Assembly (NCBI GenBank): GCA_023231475.1
Contig: JALJEE010002581.1
Coordinates: forward strand, 1 to 53,057
DNA from: Seison nebaliae
Lineage: Eukaryota
DNA: 53,057 bases
Direction of reading: 5' to 3'
Shown: piece after piece, positions 51,500 through 53,057 of the stretch
How positions within the stretch are numbered: the first letter of the stretch is position 1
Layout of the letters: each line of letters starts with the position of its first letter
Translations under genes and position numbers: made by a program
Notes under the pieces: model-generated
What the model saw: only the letters and a program-made list of their open reading frames with translations
Database searches by the model: none
What the model was told of the DNA's origin: nothing

Positions 51500-52630
51500 G
51501 CGAATAAATCAATCGCAATGGAATTTTTTCAATAATATTAGATATCTGGCAGTTGATTTATTTGCACAACTTATTTCCTCTAAGCAATATTCGATAACGT
51601 CCAGAAATCTCCCAAATTTATCTTTCGAGTAACAACATCCCAGATTATCCAACACACTTTCTGGTTCGACCGAGGGAGTGACTGAGCCAAAAATGACCCT
51701 TTTACATATATGTGGGTAGAAACTTTCGACTGGCTTCTGTTTTTCTTAAGAACCAGTCGAAGTTCTCCTACAAACCCTTATATTATTCACCGTAACGGAG
51801 TTCCGAACATGCCAAACAATCTCACTCAACAATTGAGTGAGATTGAACTCCGCCCCGTTTACAAGCTTATATAGTTTGAAACACCTTTGGAAAACCAATA
51901 TATTTTTGATAACCCTTGAATCCGCAAACCAGACTTCAATGCGAGCGAAATATATTTTAGATATCCTGTATGAAGAAAGATATAACCGAAAAATATAAAG
52001 CGATAGAATGAAAGATATATAAATAAGGAGAAAAAATAATTTTAAATTAAATTGAGAAATGAAAAATGGAAAGAAAGAAAATGCATGAGTATTTGTGGTT
52101 AACTTTGTTAATGATTGGTTTGACAAACATCCACTCTCCACAATCATTTCGAATCTTTATTTTCATTATCTTTTAACATAGACATCTTCCACGTTATCTT
52201 CCTCGAACTCGATCGTTCCATGCAAGATAATCTTTTGAAACATTTGAAATTATTGAGTAAACTTTGTGGTTAACCTTTTTCTTCAAAACCAGTCGAAGTT
52301 CTCCCCAAAGAACCGTTATATAATTATATTAAGCTTCCCAACCAACAATTGGGTGAGATGGAACTCCATCTGTAGAGGGAGTCCAAACCAATTTAGACAG
52401 CAACTACGCCCTCTTTAAAAAACCTTTATATATAATTTAAACCATATTAACAAACCATACCTAGAGAAACTTATTCTGAAAAAATGATATAAAATTAAAA
52501 GATATAAAGTGGAAGATATAAAATTAAAAGATATAAAGTGTAAGATATAAAATTAAAAGATATAAAGTGGAAGATACAACAAAAGATAAAGAAGAAAAAA
52601 TTTAAAAAAAATTGAGAAATGAAAAATGAA
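51500..52630 (-). pseudogene. Degenerate ~0.54-kb tandem duplication, probably decayed coding sequence
   Basis: Paired blocks: aaccagtcgaagttctcc (~51750 and ~52287), caacaattg.gtgagat.gaactcc (~51827 and ~52344), aaattgagaaatgaaaaatg (~52049 and ~52609). Broken minus-strand frames. No family recognised. Confidence 0.4.
52486..52576. repeat. 29-bp minisatellite, 3 copies
   Basis: Unit gatataaaattaaaagatataaagtg(g/t)aa. Confidence 0.9.
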
Positions 52631-52960
52631 AGATATCTAGAAAATGGAAGAAATTATAATAATTGAGCTAAGATATTGAATGAAGAAAATGATGAGAAAG
52701 TTAAAAAATGAAAATAAAGTGAAAGAATGTTAAATGAAATATTGGCATTAATTTGAATATTATCGTGGTATTGTCTTATTGAATGTTAAGGGAAGGGAAG
52801 AGATAAGCCAAATGAGGGAAGTTTAATAGTGATGCTGTTGTAAATGTTTCATTCCAAACATCATAGAAAAAGATATTTATTTAATTATTCTTTTAGTTTA
52901 TTTCTTTCAGAATTTTATCTTTTTCTAACTCGTTAAATTAAATCTTTGAGAATAAATATA

Positions 52961-53057
52961 ATGCGAGAAGTGATCAATCTTCATATTGGACAGGCGGGAA
53001 TTCAAATTGCTAACGCGTGTTGGGAATTATATTGTCTGGAACATGGAATTCAACCAG
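52961..53057 (+). CDS. Alpha-tubulin, 5' end (truncated by the window edge)
   Basis: [43 protein letters not shown] is diagnostic of alpha-tubulin. Confidence 0.95.
   Translation, partial: MREVINLHIGQAGIQIANACWELYCLEHGIQP

Overview
Eukaryotic, strongly AT-rich, gene-dense animal DNA, not prokaryotic, so the ORF track fragments most genes. I rebuilt exon chains by hand. There are 14 protein-coding loci: an orphan, a GnRH/AKH-type GPCR, an ankyrin+Dpy-30 protein, MKS1, TBX20, TOMM70, a fibrinogen-domain protein, MINDY3, an AGC-like pseudokinase, a DmsR/myosuppressin-type GPCR, C2CD6, PSKH1, TP53INP/DOR and KCNQ1, plus the start of an alpha-tubulin. Also present are two small foldback/MITE-like elements, microsatellites, a degenerate ~0.54 kb duplication and RFX X-box motifs. 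The strongest unusual signal is the splicing code. Of 33 introns I could place, 27 begin GTT instead of the usual GTA/GTG, only 10 have +5G, 8 end in AAG, and 28 are 41-66 nt. This includes introns at positions shared with vertebrate KCNQ1 and T-box genes. Two further hypotheses: (1) gate residues of KCNQ1 are genomically altered in ways A-to-I editing would exactly restore, and (2) the DmsR GPCR may be fused or co-transcribed with the pseudokinase 63 nt downstream. The organism cannot be identified from sequence alone; a compact-genome invertebrate such as a rotifer-like spiralian is only a guess. All gene models and counts are manual and need RNA-seq.
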